DNA of 64,000 nt, taken from positions 78,607 through 142,606 of the forward strand of contig CAISJL010000117.1 of assembly GCA_903885665.1 (NCBI GenBank). The letters run 5' to 3'. The first letter of the stretch is position 1, and every line of letters starts with the position of its first letter. Below, piece after piece: positions 50,933-60,434 of this stretch. Source of the DNA: an uncultured beta proteobacterium. GTDB taxonomy: Bacteria > Pseudomonadota > Gammaproteobacteria > Burkholderiales > SG8-41. Made by a program: the position numbers and the translations under genes. Below the pieces are notes generated by a model. That model was not told where the DNA came from. It did no database searches and saw only the letters and a program-made list of their open reading frames with translations.

Positions 50933-52291
50933 TTAATGCCTGCGTCGTCGCCACCAGATCAAACCTCCGGTGAGCGCAAAAATCAAAGGGATAACAATCA
51001 ATAAAATCCCGACGAGTAGGTATAAATGAATGGTATCCATACGTACTCTAGGGTCTATGCTTGGTCGGGGGTCAATAGCCGCCAACGTATCGTCACCGCT
51101 GAGCCAGTTGAGCATGCTCAGCCCTAACGCTAAGTTACCGCCATTACCTAAAAAAGTATTGGACAGAAACAAGCTGCTCCCGACAACAATGACGCGCTGT
51201 TTGCGCTCGCCGACGGTACGCTCTAAGGCGCTCGCCACATTCAGCGGGCCTTTGAGGTCAACGCCGGCATTGAATTGTGCACTACGTTCTGGTGTGTTTT
51301 TTTCTAACCAACCTTGGGATGCAACACTAATCAGTGGGCTCACCTGCCATGGTGTGCCAGGATGGGTGGCAATCGCCCGTGCATAGGGGAATACGGTGTT
51401 TTCATCTAATGCTGCCAATGCCGGATGGCGCGCATACAGACTACTGCTGCCGACAGCAAACACCGGAGGTCCTTGGCGCGGACTCACAGCGGGATCAATA
51501 ATGGTGCCCGAACTGAGTGTGAGCCCTAGTAGTTCAGCCACCGATTGTAGGCCGTGTAGTGGCTCGGGACTGAGTAACCACAGCAGGTTACCGCCCCGTC
51601 CGAGATAGTCGAGCAATTTAGCGCTCTCCTGCGGTAGCAAGGGTGATTGGGGTTGCACAATCACTAAGACGCTGGTGTTGCTTGGCACGGCTTGCGCAAG
51701 GCTTAGATTTAACTTATTGATTTTTATGCCTTTTTCTTTGGCCTTTTGACCGAATTCACCGAGGTCATGGTTAGCGCGACCGTCAGGTTTGGGTTCGCCG
51801 TGACCTTCTAGCCAAAACACATCGAGTTGGTCGCCACGAAGTAGGCGCAACAAGGCATTCGCAAACTGTTGTTCATTAAAGTCAGCGAGCGCTATCGATT
51901 CCGTACGTTGTTGGTATTCGATGACCAAGGTGTTCGCTTCACGCGTGCCAGCGTGAGCGCTTTTTAGGGGTTGTTCGCGCGGATCAATCAGCGTGAGCGT
52001 TAAATCGGGTTTGATGCGTTGATAGCTGCGAAAGTGCTCCGTAATTTTTTTGTGAGAAATGGCGTTCGTAGGGTCTTGCCTGGGGACGTAAGCAGTGACT
52101 TGAATGCCAGATCTAAGCGCGATTAAGATGCTGCGGGTTGATGCTGAAACCGAGTGGCGTGCGCCGCGCGTGATATCAATTTCAGTGCGATATAGTCGCG
52201 CACCATAGGAGAGAGCCGCGCAGATCGTGATGAGTAAGCCGACCGTGAGGGCGCGGCGTAGCGTAGTGGGCAGCATAGCGAATGTTGTCAT
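50933..52291 (-). CDS. GldG-like ABC-transporter auxiliary component
   Basis: 452 aa with N- and C-terminal TM anchors (the C-terminus ends WWRRRRH), WLEGHGE and GNGGNLALGLSMLNWLSGDD. Confidence 0.75.
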   Translation of the reverse strand: MTTFAMLPTTLRRALTVGLLITICAALSYGARLYRTEIDITRGARHSVSASTRSILIALRSGIQVTAYVPRQDPTNAISHKKITEHFRSYQRIKPDLTLTLIDPREQPLKSAHAGTREANTLVIEYQQRTESIALADFNEQQFANALLRLLRGDQLDVFWLEGHGEPKPDGRANHDLGEFGQKAKEKGIKINKLNLSLAQAVPSNTSVLVIVQPQSPLLPQESAKLLDYLGRGGNLLWLLSPEPLHGLQSVAELLGLTLSSGTIIDPAVSPRQGPPVFAVGSSSLYARHPALAALDENTVFPYARAIATHPGTPWQVSPLISVASQGWLEKNTPERSAQFNAGVDLKGPLNVASALERTVGERKQRVIVVGSSLFLSNTFLGNGGNLALGLSMLNWLSGDDTLAAIDPRPSIDPRVRMDTIHLYLLVGILLIVIPLIFALTGGLIWWRRRRH

Positions 52292-52300
52292 AGCGTTATA

Positions 52301-53071
52301 TTAGCCCCGCAAGCGCTGACGATCGAGTTCGCGTATCGTCAGTATTAAAAAAAGCGTCATGAGTAGCAAGCCACAGCTAATGGCATAGCTGTCAATTAAG
52401 CCTTTGCCGAGCGGCTCAAAATTGAGTAGCGGCGAGAACACCTGCACCAGTGCAGCAAGGTAGGGCCAGCCATATTGGTCTAAGTTGTCTCCTAAGGTCT
52501 CACCAGCGAGTAGCATGATGAGAATCATGCCAAAACCGAGCAGGGCAGCGACTATGGGTTGGCGTGTCAGACTCGATGCGTATAGGCTGATCGCTGCAAA
52601 GCCTGCGCCTAGTAATATTAAGGCAGTAGCCATGCTCGCCAACAGTCCCCAATCCAGAGGCGTAGTGCCCATGATCATGATGGGCATGCTGATCACAATC
52701 GCCACAATGAATAAAAGCATCATCATTAAGCCGCAAAATTTACCAAGCACAATTTCGGTAATCGATACGGGTGCTGATAATAAAAGCGTGAGTGTTTGTT
52801 GACGTCGCTCCTCGGCAAGCATCCGCATCGCCAGTAGTGGCACGGCAAACAAAAAGACTGCAGCTGCAAGGGCTACGGTGGGTGCTGCGACCAATTCGGT
52901 GACCCCTGGGGGGTTCGCGAGCTGTAGCAGTTTGGCTTGCATTTGTAGGTAGTCATCTAAACGTTGTAAAAAGCTAAACCCTAAACATAAGGTCACGGCC
53001 GAGAGAATAAACCACGCTAGGGGCGAGTTAAATAGGGTGCGCAGTTCTTTACGGGCAATGGTGAGAATCAT
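52301..53071 (-). CDS. ABC-2 type transporter permease (GldF-like)
   Basis: 256 aa, 6 TM segments, with the N-terminus MILTIARKELRTLFNSPLAW typical of ABC-2 permeases. 4-bp overlap with the ATPase gene. Confidence 0.85.
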   Translation of the reverse strand: MILTIARKELRTLFNSPLAWFILSAVTLCLGFSFLQRLDDYLQMQAKLLQLANPPGVTELVAAPTVALAAAVFLFAVPLLAMRMLAEERRQQTLTLLLSAPVSITEIVLGKFCGLMMMLLFIVAIVISMPIMIMGTTPLDWGLLASMATALILLGAGFAAISLYASSLTRQPIVAALLGFGMILIMLLAGETLGDNLDQYGWPYLAALVQVFSPLLNFEPLGKGLIDSYAISCGLLLMTLFLILTIRELDRQRLRG

Positions 53072-53859
53072 TGGTGTGCCTCAGTCGTCGTTTGTAACGT
53101 TGCTTTGTCCTCTGAGGTTTGAGTCAGATCAGCAAACAACTGCCCCAAGCTGTTGGCTGTAGATGATGAATTTTTTTCCGGTAGTTGACCACTAAAGACC
53201 AAGCGTCCTAAATGCATGATATAGGCACGCTGACACAGCGCTTCGATATCCGGCAAGATATGGCTAGATAGCAATACGCTGCGGTCTTTGCCAAGAGTCA
53301 TGATTAGCGCGCGTATTTCAACGATTTGATTGGGGTCTAGGCCCACAGTGGGTTCGTCTAGAATAATTACTTGAGGGTCATGAATAATGGCTTGGGCAAT
53401 CCCTAGGCGTTGTTGGTAGCCTTTAGACAGATGGGCAATTAATCGTTTCTGAACATTAGCCAGGCCGCAGCGTTCGATCACGGAAGACACAGCGGCCGCT
53501 TGATGGGTGCGTGGGATGCGATGTAGTTTAGCGACAAAGCGTAGATAATCGAGCGCGCTCAACTCTGGATACAGTGGTGGGGTCTGTGGCAGGTATCCCA
53601 GATGGGTTTTTGCCAATTGCGCTTGGTCGATTAAAGAGTAGCCGTGAATATGAACCGAGCCCGTTGTGGGAGCGAGGTTGCCTGATAGCATTTGTAAGAT
53701 CGAGCTCTTACCAGCACCATTGGGCCCCAGTAAGCCCACAATTTCACCTGGATATAGTGCCAGGTCTAGGCTATGCACAGCCCAGTGTTGTCCATAGCGG
53801 CGAGATACACCTTGAGCGTGTAGCGTGGGTGTTGTCGTGTGCGGGATCGATTCGGTCAT
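53068..53859 (-). CDS. ABC transporter ATP-binding protein (GldA-like)
   Basis: Walker A GPNGAGKSS, signature LSKGYQQRL and Walker B IILDEPT. Confidence 0.92.
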   Translation of the reverse strand: MTESIPHTTTPTLHAQGVSRRYGQHWAVHSLDLALYPGEIVGLLGPNGAGKSSILQMLSGNLAPTTGSVHIHGYSLIDQAQLAKTHLGYLPQTPPLYPELSALDYLRFVAKLHRIPRTHQAAAVSSVIERCGLANVQKRLIAHLSKGYQQRLGIAQAIIHDPQVIILDEPTVGLDPNQIVEIRALIMTLGKDRSVLLSSHILPDIEALCQRAYIMHLGRLVFSGQLPEKNSSSTANSLGQLFADLTQTSEDKATLQTTTEAHQ

Positions 53860-53873
53860 AGCCTGTATTTTAT

Positions 53874-53914
53874 GTTAGTACGGTTAGTACGTTTAGTAGG
53901 TGCGTTTAAGTAGG
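53874..53914. repeat. tandem 9-mers GTTAGTACG x2, followed by related GTTTAGTAGG and GTTTAAGTAGG copies
   Basis: Read directly, starting 15 nt upstream of the ABC ATPase start codon. Further GTTTAAG copies continue to about 53980. Confidence 0.75.
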
Positions 53915-54326
53915 CGAGTTTAATTAATTACATTTAAATGGTTACGTTTAAGCAGATCAGTTTAAGTTGAAAGATTAAGTAGAGAAGCTTGGATGTTCTG
54001 TACAAAGCCCAATAGCCTAGTGCACCCACTATTCCTTGGTGAATGGTGCGTGGCAATCGATATGGGTATCAGGGGGTGTATACAGGTGAGTCTAAACATA
54101 GCGAATTGGGCAGTGGATTGATCTAGAAACTAGTATTTGTCGTCTAAAGCGGTAAATCTCTATCACCATGTCTTGTCGTGGGTCGTAAATATACCTAATA
54201 TGTCACACTTCATGTTAAGAACTAGATATTTACGGGTGCTGAGTTGTCGTTGTAGGACTGGTATTGATTGGCGCATGGCATTTTTTAACTAAATTTGAAT
54301 ATTTATAAAGTTGCACCTCAATTAAG

Positions 54327-56141
54327 ATGAAACTTCAGAATCAATTGCTGGGTATTTTTGCGGTCAGTTTGTGTGCTTGTACCCCAGCACCGAAAATTGA
54401 TTCATCAAAGACCACTTCACCTGCGCCAGTGGTGTTTGTCGCCGCGAATGCCGCCGCGCCACTACAACCCCAAGATCAAAATCAAACGCCAGCCCGCATG
54501 GAAGTGGCGCCACGAGCCCTGCCACTACCAGCGTTAGAGTTAACCGGCCCTATTCTGTTGAAGTTAATGCTCGCTGAGATTGCAGTTCAACGTGGCCAAC
54601 TCAATATCGCCGTGAGCGCATTGCTGGACGTAGCGCAGGAGACTAAAGACCCGCGCGTCGCGCGTCGCGCGACCGAAGTGGCATGGGCGGCGCGATATGT
54701 ACCGGTCGCACTCGATGCGGCGCGCCTATGGATGCAATTTGATCCGGATTCGCAACGCGCTCGCCAGACCTTGCTGACTTTATTAATCAGTCAGTCGCGA
54801 TTTACTGAAGCGCAAAACCATGTACAGCTGTGGTTAAGTCAATCTCCGGAACAAGCTGGACAACGCTTTTTACAGCTCGCTACCTTGTTCTCCGGTAGTA
54901 AAGACAAGATAGCTTTACTAAACTTTGTACGCGTTATTGCCCAGCCTTATGCACAGATTCCAGAAGCACAATTCGCAATCGCGCAAGCAGCTTGGGACGC
55001 GAGTGATCGTGATCTTGCCTATGTCGCCGCCCAACAAGCTTTGGTTTTGCGCCCAGGTTGGGATTTGGCAGCGCTGTTTGTCGCTCAGATTCTGCAACGC
55101 AGCTCCGATGTCGAGGCCTTGGCCTACTTGAGTCGATTTCTACAGGCACACCCTGGTGCCAATGAGTTACGTCTAAATTACGCGCGCTTATTAGTGAATG
55201 CCCGCGATTACACTGAGGCGCGACTGCAGTTTGAGCGATTATTAAAAATTGCACCAGAGAACGTAGAGATGGCGATGGCAATTGCCACCCTCTCGATGCA
55301 GATGAAAGACTATGCGATTGCCGATGCGCAGTTGCAGCGTGTGCTGCAACTCTCGCCTCCCGACCCCGATGCTGTGCGTGTGTTTTTAGGGCAGGTGAAT
55401 GAGGAGTTAAAACGCAATCTCGTTGCACTTAAGTGGTATGACGCGGTGAGCAGCGGTTCGCAATTTATTGTTGCGAAGTCGCGTTACGTCGGCATTTTGG
55501 TAAAGCAAGGCCAGCTTGCCCAAGCACGGCAATATTTGCAGGGCCTGCAACCCGAGGACGCACAATTGCGATTGCAATTAATTTTGTTAGAAGCCAGTAT
55601 CTTGCGCGATGCGGGAGCTTACGCTGAGGCATTTAATTTGCTTGGTCAGGCAACTGTGGCGAATACAGAGTCTACCGACTTACTCTATGAGTATGCGATG
55701 GCTGCTGAGAAGGTTGATCGTGTCGACGTATTAGAAGTGAATTTACGCAAAGTGATTGAATTGCAACCCAGTCACGCCCATGCTTACAACGCACTGGGGT
55801 TTACCTTGGCCGATCGCAATTTGCGTTTGGTTGAGGCCCGTGAATTGATTGAGAAAGGCTTGCAGCTGTCGCCAGATGATCCGTTTATTCTGGACAGCCT
55901 GGGTTGGGTGTTGCATCGTCAAGGTTTACAGCAGGAGGCATTGATTCATTTGCGACGCGCCTACGGACTGCGGGTCGATGCCGAAATTGCCGCGCATTTA
56001 GGCGAGGTGTTGTGGGTGCTGGGTCGGCGCGAAGAAGCGCGCAAGATTTGGTCTGAGGCGCAAACCAAAGCCCCTGGCAATGAACTGCTCAATAGTACGA
56101 TTAAACGTCTCGAGGCGATCAGTTTGCAATCTGCACCATGA
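54327..56141 (+). CDS. tetratricopeptide-repeat lipoprotein
   Basis: 604 aa with the lipobox-like signal FAVSLCAC and many TPR-like helical repeats. The stop overlaps the lolB ATG (ATGA at 56138-56141). Confidence 0.8.
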   Translation: MKLQNQLLGIFAVSLCACTPAPKIDSSKTTSPAPVVFVAANAAAPLQPQDQNQTPARMEVAPRALPLPALELTGPILLKLMLAEIAVQRGQLNIAVSALLDVAQETKDPRVARRATEVAWAARYVPVALDAARLWMQFDPDSQRARQTLLTLLISQSRFTEAQNHVQLWLSQSPEQAGQRFLQLATLFSGSKDKIALLNFVRVIAQPYAQIPEAQFAIAQAAWDASDRDLAYVAAQQALVLRPGWDLAALFVAQILQRSSDVEALAYLSRFLQAHPGANELRLNYARLLVNARDYTEARLQFERLLKIAPENVEMAMAIATLSMQMKDYAIADAQLQRVLQLSPPDPDAVRVFLGQVNEELKRNLVALKWYDAVSSGSQFIVAKSRYVGILVKQGQLAQARQYLQGLQPEDAQLRLQLILLEASILRDAGAYAEAFNLLGQATVANTESTDLLYEYAMAAEKVDRVDVLEVNLRKVIELQPSHAHAYNALGFTLADRNLRLVEARELIEKGLQLSPDDPFILDSLGWVLHRQGLQQEALIHLRRAYGLRVDAEIAAHLGEVLWVLGRREEARKIWSEAQTKAPGNELLNSTIKRLEAISLQSAP

Positions 56142-56698
56142 TTATCGGGTTACAGCGATTCGCAGTCATTGGTTTGATATGTTGGCTCTCAGCCTGTGCG
56201 GTGCGTCCTCCAGTGACAACACCGTGGGCTAGCCCTTTTGACCTGATGGGGCGGGTTTTGGTGAGCGGTGGGGAGCGGGCTTTTAGCGCGCAGCTGCGGT
56301 GGGAGCATAACGCCATGGAGAGTAGGTTGTGGTTGATGTCCCCCTTAGGGCAAACGCTAGCCCAATTACAGGTAGACGCCCAGGGCGTAATTTTGCGCAA
56401 CGCCCAGCAGCAAGACTATCGTGCGACCTCGGTCGAGTCCTTGACCGAGCAGGCCTTGGGTTGGATCCTGCCATGGACTTACTTGCAATATTGGGTGACA
56501 GCGGCTGTGGTGCCAAACTTACCGACGACAGCGCTGATACACGACCCCCAGGGGCGATTGTTAGGTCTGGAGCAAGGCGGCTGGCGCATAGCCTATGACT
56601 ATTCGGGTCAAGACATCTTGCCGCGTCGCTTAGAATTGCGTCGGGGCACCCAGTTAATTCGATTCATGGTTGATACCTGGCAAGTTGAAGCAGGCTGA
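56138..56698 (+). CDS. lolB: outer-membrane lipoprotein insertion factor LolB
   Basis: 186 aa with the lipobox WLSAC. Size and position upstream of ispE match the conserved lolB-ispE-prs order. Confidence 0.82.
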   Translation: MIIGLQRFAVIGLICWLSACAVRPPVTTPWASPFDLMGRVLVSGGERAFSAQLRWEHNAMESRLWLMSPLGQTLAQLQVDAQGVILRNAQQQDYRATSVESLTEQALGWILPWTYLQYWVTAAVVPNLPTTALIHDPQGRLLGLEQGGWRIAYDYSGQDILPRRLELRRGTQLIRFMVDTWQVEAG

Positions 56699-56701
56699 AT
56701 A

Positions 56702-57571
56702 ATGCTACAAAATACTGATACTAAAGGATTTGTTGAGTTTCCAGCGCCTGCCAAACTCAATCTGATGTTGCGGGTGATTGGGCGACGTGCGGATGGATAT
56801 CATCAATTACAGACGGTATTCCGATTCATTGACTTCGCTGATACCGTAGCGCTGCGCTTGCGTCGTGATGGCCGCGTTCGACGGGTCGGCACCGTTGAGG
56901 GGGTGGCTGAAGACCAGGATTTAACGGTGCGCGCTGCACTTGCCTTGAAGCAGGCAACGGCCACGCACTGGGGTGTGGACATCAGAGTGACTAAGCGGCT
57001 ACCCATGGGCGGCGGCCTTGGCGGTGGTAGCTCGGACGCCGCAACAGTCCTATTGGCACTCAACCAATTGTGGCAGACTGGCTTAGATCGACAGCAGTTA
57101 GAGGCCTTGGCTCTGCCCTTGGGTGCGGATGCGCCGGTGTTTATTTATGGTCAAACCGCCTTCGCCCAAGGCATTGGTGAGATTTTAAGTCCCTGGCAGG
57201 CTGATCCAGCATGGTATTTAGTGCTGGTACCACCGGTTTTAGTGTCAACAGTTCAGATTTTTCAACATCCAGAATTGAAACGAGACTCAGAACCGATTAA
57301 AATGGACGGCTTTCCTGATGTGGTTGGAAATGACCTTGAGTCCTTGGTCTGTCGGTTATATCCGGAAGTCGGTGCGCATCTAGAGTATTTATGTGCTGCC
57401 GGCATAGGCGGTGGGCAGATGAGCGGTTCTGGCGCTTGTGTATTTGCAGCCTTCCCAGACCAGACTAGCGCGATTGTGGCGCAAGCTAGATTACCGGCTG
57501 GAATACAGAGTTATGTTTGTCGTGGCTTAGATGTACACCCGTTGTCAGGGTTGGTTTCAGATAGTGATTAA
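56702..57571 (+). CDS. ispE: 4-(cytidine 5'-diphospho)-2-C-methyl-D-erythritol kinase
   Basis: 289 aa with FPAPAKLNL and the GHMP motif PMGGGLGGGSSDAA. Confidence 0.95.
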   Translation: MLQNTDTKGFVEFPAPAKLNLMLRVIGRRADGYHQLQTVFRFIDFADTVALRLRRDGRVRRVGTVEGVAEDQDLTVRAALALKQATATHWGVDIRVTKRLPMGGGLGGGSSDAATVLLALNQLWQTGLDRQQLEALALPLGADAPVFIYGQTAFAQGIGEILSPWQADPAWYLVLVPPVLVSTVQIFQHPELKRDSEPIKMDGFPDVVGNDLESLVCRLYPEVGAHLEYLCAAGIGGGQMSGSGACVFAAFPDQTSAIVAQARLPAGIQSYVCRGLDVHPLSGLVSDSD

Positions 57572-57778
57572 GTACTTTATTAAGTAGTATCTTTAATTGG
57601 TATCTACCTTCAACAGGGTAGTGATAGCAGTAGCGTGGTTGCATAATTTAGTGTAACATGCTGATTTTATTGTATAATTTGTGGCTCTTAGTGAGATCGT
57701 TCAGACCCGATCATGCGTCATGTTAATGCCCCAGCGGGGAGACAGACAGCACTTAGAGTTACAGTCTTGAGTTTCGGT

Positions 57779-57852
57779 TGGGGAGTCGCCAAGCTGGTTA
57801 AGGCACCGGATTTTGATTCCGGCATGCGAAGGTTCGAATCCTTCCTCCCCAG
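57779..57852 (+). tRNA. tRNA-Gln (anticodon UUG)
   Basis: Cloverleaf folded by hand. Acceptor TGGGGAG/CTCCCCA. Anticodon stem CCGGA/TCCGG with loop TTTTGAT, anticodon TTG at 57813-57815. T-arm GAAGG-TTCGAAT-CCTTC, discriminator G. CCA is not encoded (followed by CCC). Close to E. coli tRNA-Gln. Confidence 0.95.
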
Positions 57853-57888
57853 CCCCTTCCTACGTCAAGCGAGCTTCAGGGGGTAGTT

Positions 57889-58839
57889 GTGGCGCTAGAT
57901 CGATTGATGGTCTTTACGGGTAATGCGAATCCACGCCTAGCGGAGGCAGTGGTTAGTCATTTGGATTTGCACATTGGGCGTGCCAAAGTGGGGCGTTTTA
58001 GTGACGGTGAAGTCATGGTTGAAATCCTTGAAAACGTCCGTGGTAAAGATGTCTTTATTCTACAGTCTGTGTGTGCCCCGACTAATGATAATTTAATGGA
58101 ATTACTGGTCATGGTAGACGCATTGAAGCGGGCCTCTGCAGGTCGAGTTACCGCAGCGATTCCCTACATGGGTTACGCCCGCCAAGACCGTCGTCCCAAC
58201 TCATCACGTGTGCCGATTACTGCCAAAGTGGTTGCGAACATGATGACCAGTGTGGGTGTTGACCGGGTATTGACGATGGACTTGCACTCAGAGCAGATTC
58301 AGGGTTTTTTTGATATTCCTGTAGATAACATTTACTCCGGCCCTATATTGTTGGGCGATGTGTGGAAGCATGACTATAAGCAGCTGGTGGTGGTGTCTCC
58401 AGATGTGGGTGGGGTAGTGCGGGCACGGGCCTTAGCTAAACGCCTAGAGGCTGATCTTGCCATTATCGACAAACGTCGCCCGCGTCCAAATGTAGCAACA
58501 GTGATGAATATTATTGGTGAAGTAGCGGGCCGCACCTGTGTGATTGTGGACGATATGGTCGATACCGCGAACACCTTGTGTGAAGCGGCCGCCGCATTAA
58601 AACGCCAAGGTGCGGAGCGGGTTCTGGCCTACTGTACGCATCCAGTACTCTCTGGCACGGCAGTTGAACGTATCGCAGCCTCGGCGCTCGATGAAATTGT
58701 GGTCACAGATACCATTCCATTAACTGAAAATGCTCGTAAGTGCGGCAAGATTCGGGTCTTATCGGTGGCTGGTTTGGTGGCGGAGACCATGCGTAGAATT
58801 AGTGCAGAAGATTCAGTCAGCTCCTTGTTTGTTGAATAA
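57889..58839 (+). CDS. prs: ribose-phosphate pyrophosphokinase
   Basis: 316 aa from a GTG start preceded by [23 protein letters not shown] and [12 protein letters not shown]. Confidence 0.96.
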   Translation: MALDRLMVFTGNANPRLAEAVVSHLDLHIGRAKVGRFSDGEVMVEILENVRGKDVFILQSVCAPTNDNLMELLVMVDALKRASAGRVTAAIPYMGYARQDRRPNSSRVPITAKVVANMMTSVGVDRVLTMDLHSEQIQGFFDIPVDNIYSGPILLGDVWKHDYKQLVVVSPDVGGVVRARALAKRLEADLAIIDKRRPRPNVATVMNIIGEVAGRTCVIVDDMVDTANTLCEAAAALKRQGAERVLAYCTHPVLSGTAVERIAASALDEIVVTDTIPLTENARKCGKIRVLSVAGLVAETMRRISAEDSVSSLFVE

Positions 58840-58938
58840 GGGGTTGGATATAGACGTGGGGATCTAGCATAGTGCCGGATCTCTTTTTAACGCAGGACTA
58901 GTCTGGTCGCGGGCCTCCTGCACATTTTGGAGAGTAAG

Positions 58939-59625
58939 ATGAAAATTGAAGTTACAGCGTTTCCGCGTACGAATGAAGGCAAAGGTGCGAGCCGCCGCCT
59001 ACGTACGACCGGGCGTGTCCCAGGCGTAATTTATGGCGCCGGTAAGGATGCGCAAAGCATTGAATTAGATCATAAGGCCTTGTTGCGGAATTTAAAAATC
59101 GAGGCTTTTCATGCTTCTATTCTCGATATCGTCATCGACGGCAATACCGATAAAGTATTGTTGCGTGACTTCCAAATGCATCCATGGAAAGAGCAAGTAC
59201 AGCATGTCGATTTTCAGCGTGTCGACCCAGCCAAAAAAATCCACATGGCTGTACCTTTGCACTACATCAATGAGGAAGTGTCGCCTGGCGTGAAAATTGG
59301 TAAAGGCTTAGTGCAACATATTATTAATGAGTTAGAAATACTCTGTCTGCCGAGTGACTTGCCTGAATTTATTACGGTCGATTTGAAAGACTTGGGCATT
59401 GGCGCTTCTGTTCACGTGACAGATCTGGTATTGCCAAAAGGCGTTGAGCCGGCACCTAAGATGAGGACGGACAACCCAGCAGTGGTCAGCGTGCAAGTGC
59501 CACGCGAATCTGCTGCTGATGCTGCCCCGGGTGCTGCACCTGTGACACAAATCACGGGTCAAGCGGTTGACCCTGCTGCAGGTGATAAAAAAGCCTCAGA
59601 GAAAAAGCCGGCCGCTAAGAAGTAA
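58939..59625 (+). CDS. rplY: 50S ribosomal protein L25 / general stress protein Ctc
   Basis: ATG 58939 is preceded by GGAGAG. MKIEVTAFPRT...GASRRLR, RVPGVIYG and a Lys/Ala-rich C-terminal tail. Confidence 0.93.
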   Translation: MKIEVTAFPRTNEGKGASRRLRTTGRVPGVIYGAGKDAQSIELDHKALLRNLKIEAFHASILDIVIDGNTDKVLLRDFQMHPWKEQVQHVDFQRVDPAKKIHMAVPLHYINEEVSPGVKIGKGLVQHIINELEILCLPSDLPEFITVDLKDLGIGASVHVTDLVLPKGVEPAPKMRTDNPAVVSVQVPRESAADAAPGAAPVTQITGQAVDPAAGDKKASEKKPAAKK

Positions 59626-59673
59626 GTATCAAAGCCGCATGCGGGTCTCTAGTAGCTCGCATCTTGCGCTAAG

Positions 59674-59711
59674 CGCCCGTCAGAGTAGTCGTACTGGCGG
59701 GCGTTTGTTTT
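59674..59711 (+). terminator. rho-independent terminator after rplY
   Basis: CGCCCGTCAG-(10 nt)-CTGGCGGGCG (9 of 10 bp paired) followed by TTTGTTTT. Confidence 0.75.
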
Positions 59712-59764
59712 GCTAGGCAAATAGTGAGGGCAATAGCATTGGCCAGCTGGATGACCATGAAAGA

Positions 59765-60352
59765 ATGCTCATGAAATTGATTGTAGGTTTAGGAAACCCT
59801 GGTCCAAAATATACAACTACCCGACATAACGCTGGGTTTTGGTGGGTAGATGGTTTGGTGCAACGCCTAGGTGCGCAGATGCGCATGGAGGCTCGCTTTC
59901 ATGGTGAGATTGCTAAAGTAAATAGCGGTGGCGAGGACTTGTGGTTACTTAAACCATCAACCTTTATGAATGAGTCAGGGCGAGCAGTGGGCGCGGTTGC
60001 AGACTATTTTAAAATCGCCCCGATTGATATATTAATTGTGCATGACGAACTCGATCTAGTGCCAGGAGTGGTTAAACTAAAGTTTGGTGGAAGCGGCTCT
60101 GGTAATGGCGTGCGAAATGTGATCAGTCGTTTAAGCACTAAAGATTTTTGGCGACTTCGGATTGGTATTGGTCACCCGCGAGAATTCTCAGCCAACTCGC
60201 AAGAGGTCGTGGATTATGTGCTGCATGCGCCACGTAAAGAGGAGCAAATGGTAATTGAAGATGCGATGTATCGTGCCTATGAACAATGGCCTTTGATCGT
60301 GAGCAGTGAGATGGAAACAGCGATGCACAGACTACACACTAAAGCGGGATAG
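59765..60352 (+). CDS. pth: peptidyl-tRNA hydrolase
   Basis: KLIVGLGNPG and TRHNAGFW. ATG 59771 is an equally plausible start. Confidence 0.95.
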   Translation: MLMKLIVGLGNPGPKYTTTRHNAGFWWVDGLVQRLGAQMRMEARFHGEIAKVNSGGEDLWLLKPSTFMNESGRAVGAVADYFKIAPIDILIVHDELDLVPGVVKLKFGGSGSGNGVRNVISRLSTKDFWRLRIGIGHPREFSANSQEVVDYVLHAPRKEEQMVIEDAMYRAYEQWPLIVSSEMETAMHRLHTKAG

Positions 60353-60434
60353 CCAGTTTACCGATACGCCCCGTAGATGTGTTGTATACGCAATCAATAT
60401 TGAATAACTACTTTTTATTAATGGTTTAACACAT

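Noticed and set aside
50933-53859. Interpreting the GldA/F/G-like module as gliding-motility machinery
   Set aside because: The family name comes from Bacteroidetes. No other gld or spr genes are present, and the host looks like a betaproteobacterium. Only the generic ABC-2 plus auxiliary component call is supportable.
54934-55428. 164-aa minus-strand ORF inside the TPR lipoprotein gene
   Set aside because: It is antisense to a well-supported CDS and has an Arg/His/Ser/Ala-rich composition with no recognisable domain. It is probably a shadow ORF.
57572-57778. Structured leader or ncRNA upstream of tRNA-Gln
   Set aside because: There is a TATAAT at 57673-57678 but no good -35, and only 4-5 bp hairpins (GATCG...CGATC, CCCC...GGGG). 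This is insufficient for any call beyond a possible tRNA precursor leader.
57779-57852. tRNA-Gln as an integration site for a genomic island or prophage
   Set aside because: There is no integrase, no duplicated tRNA 3' end seen nearby, and both flanks (ispE, prs-rplY-pth-ychF) follow the conserved housekeeping order.
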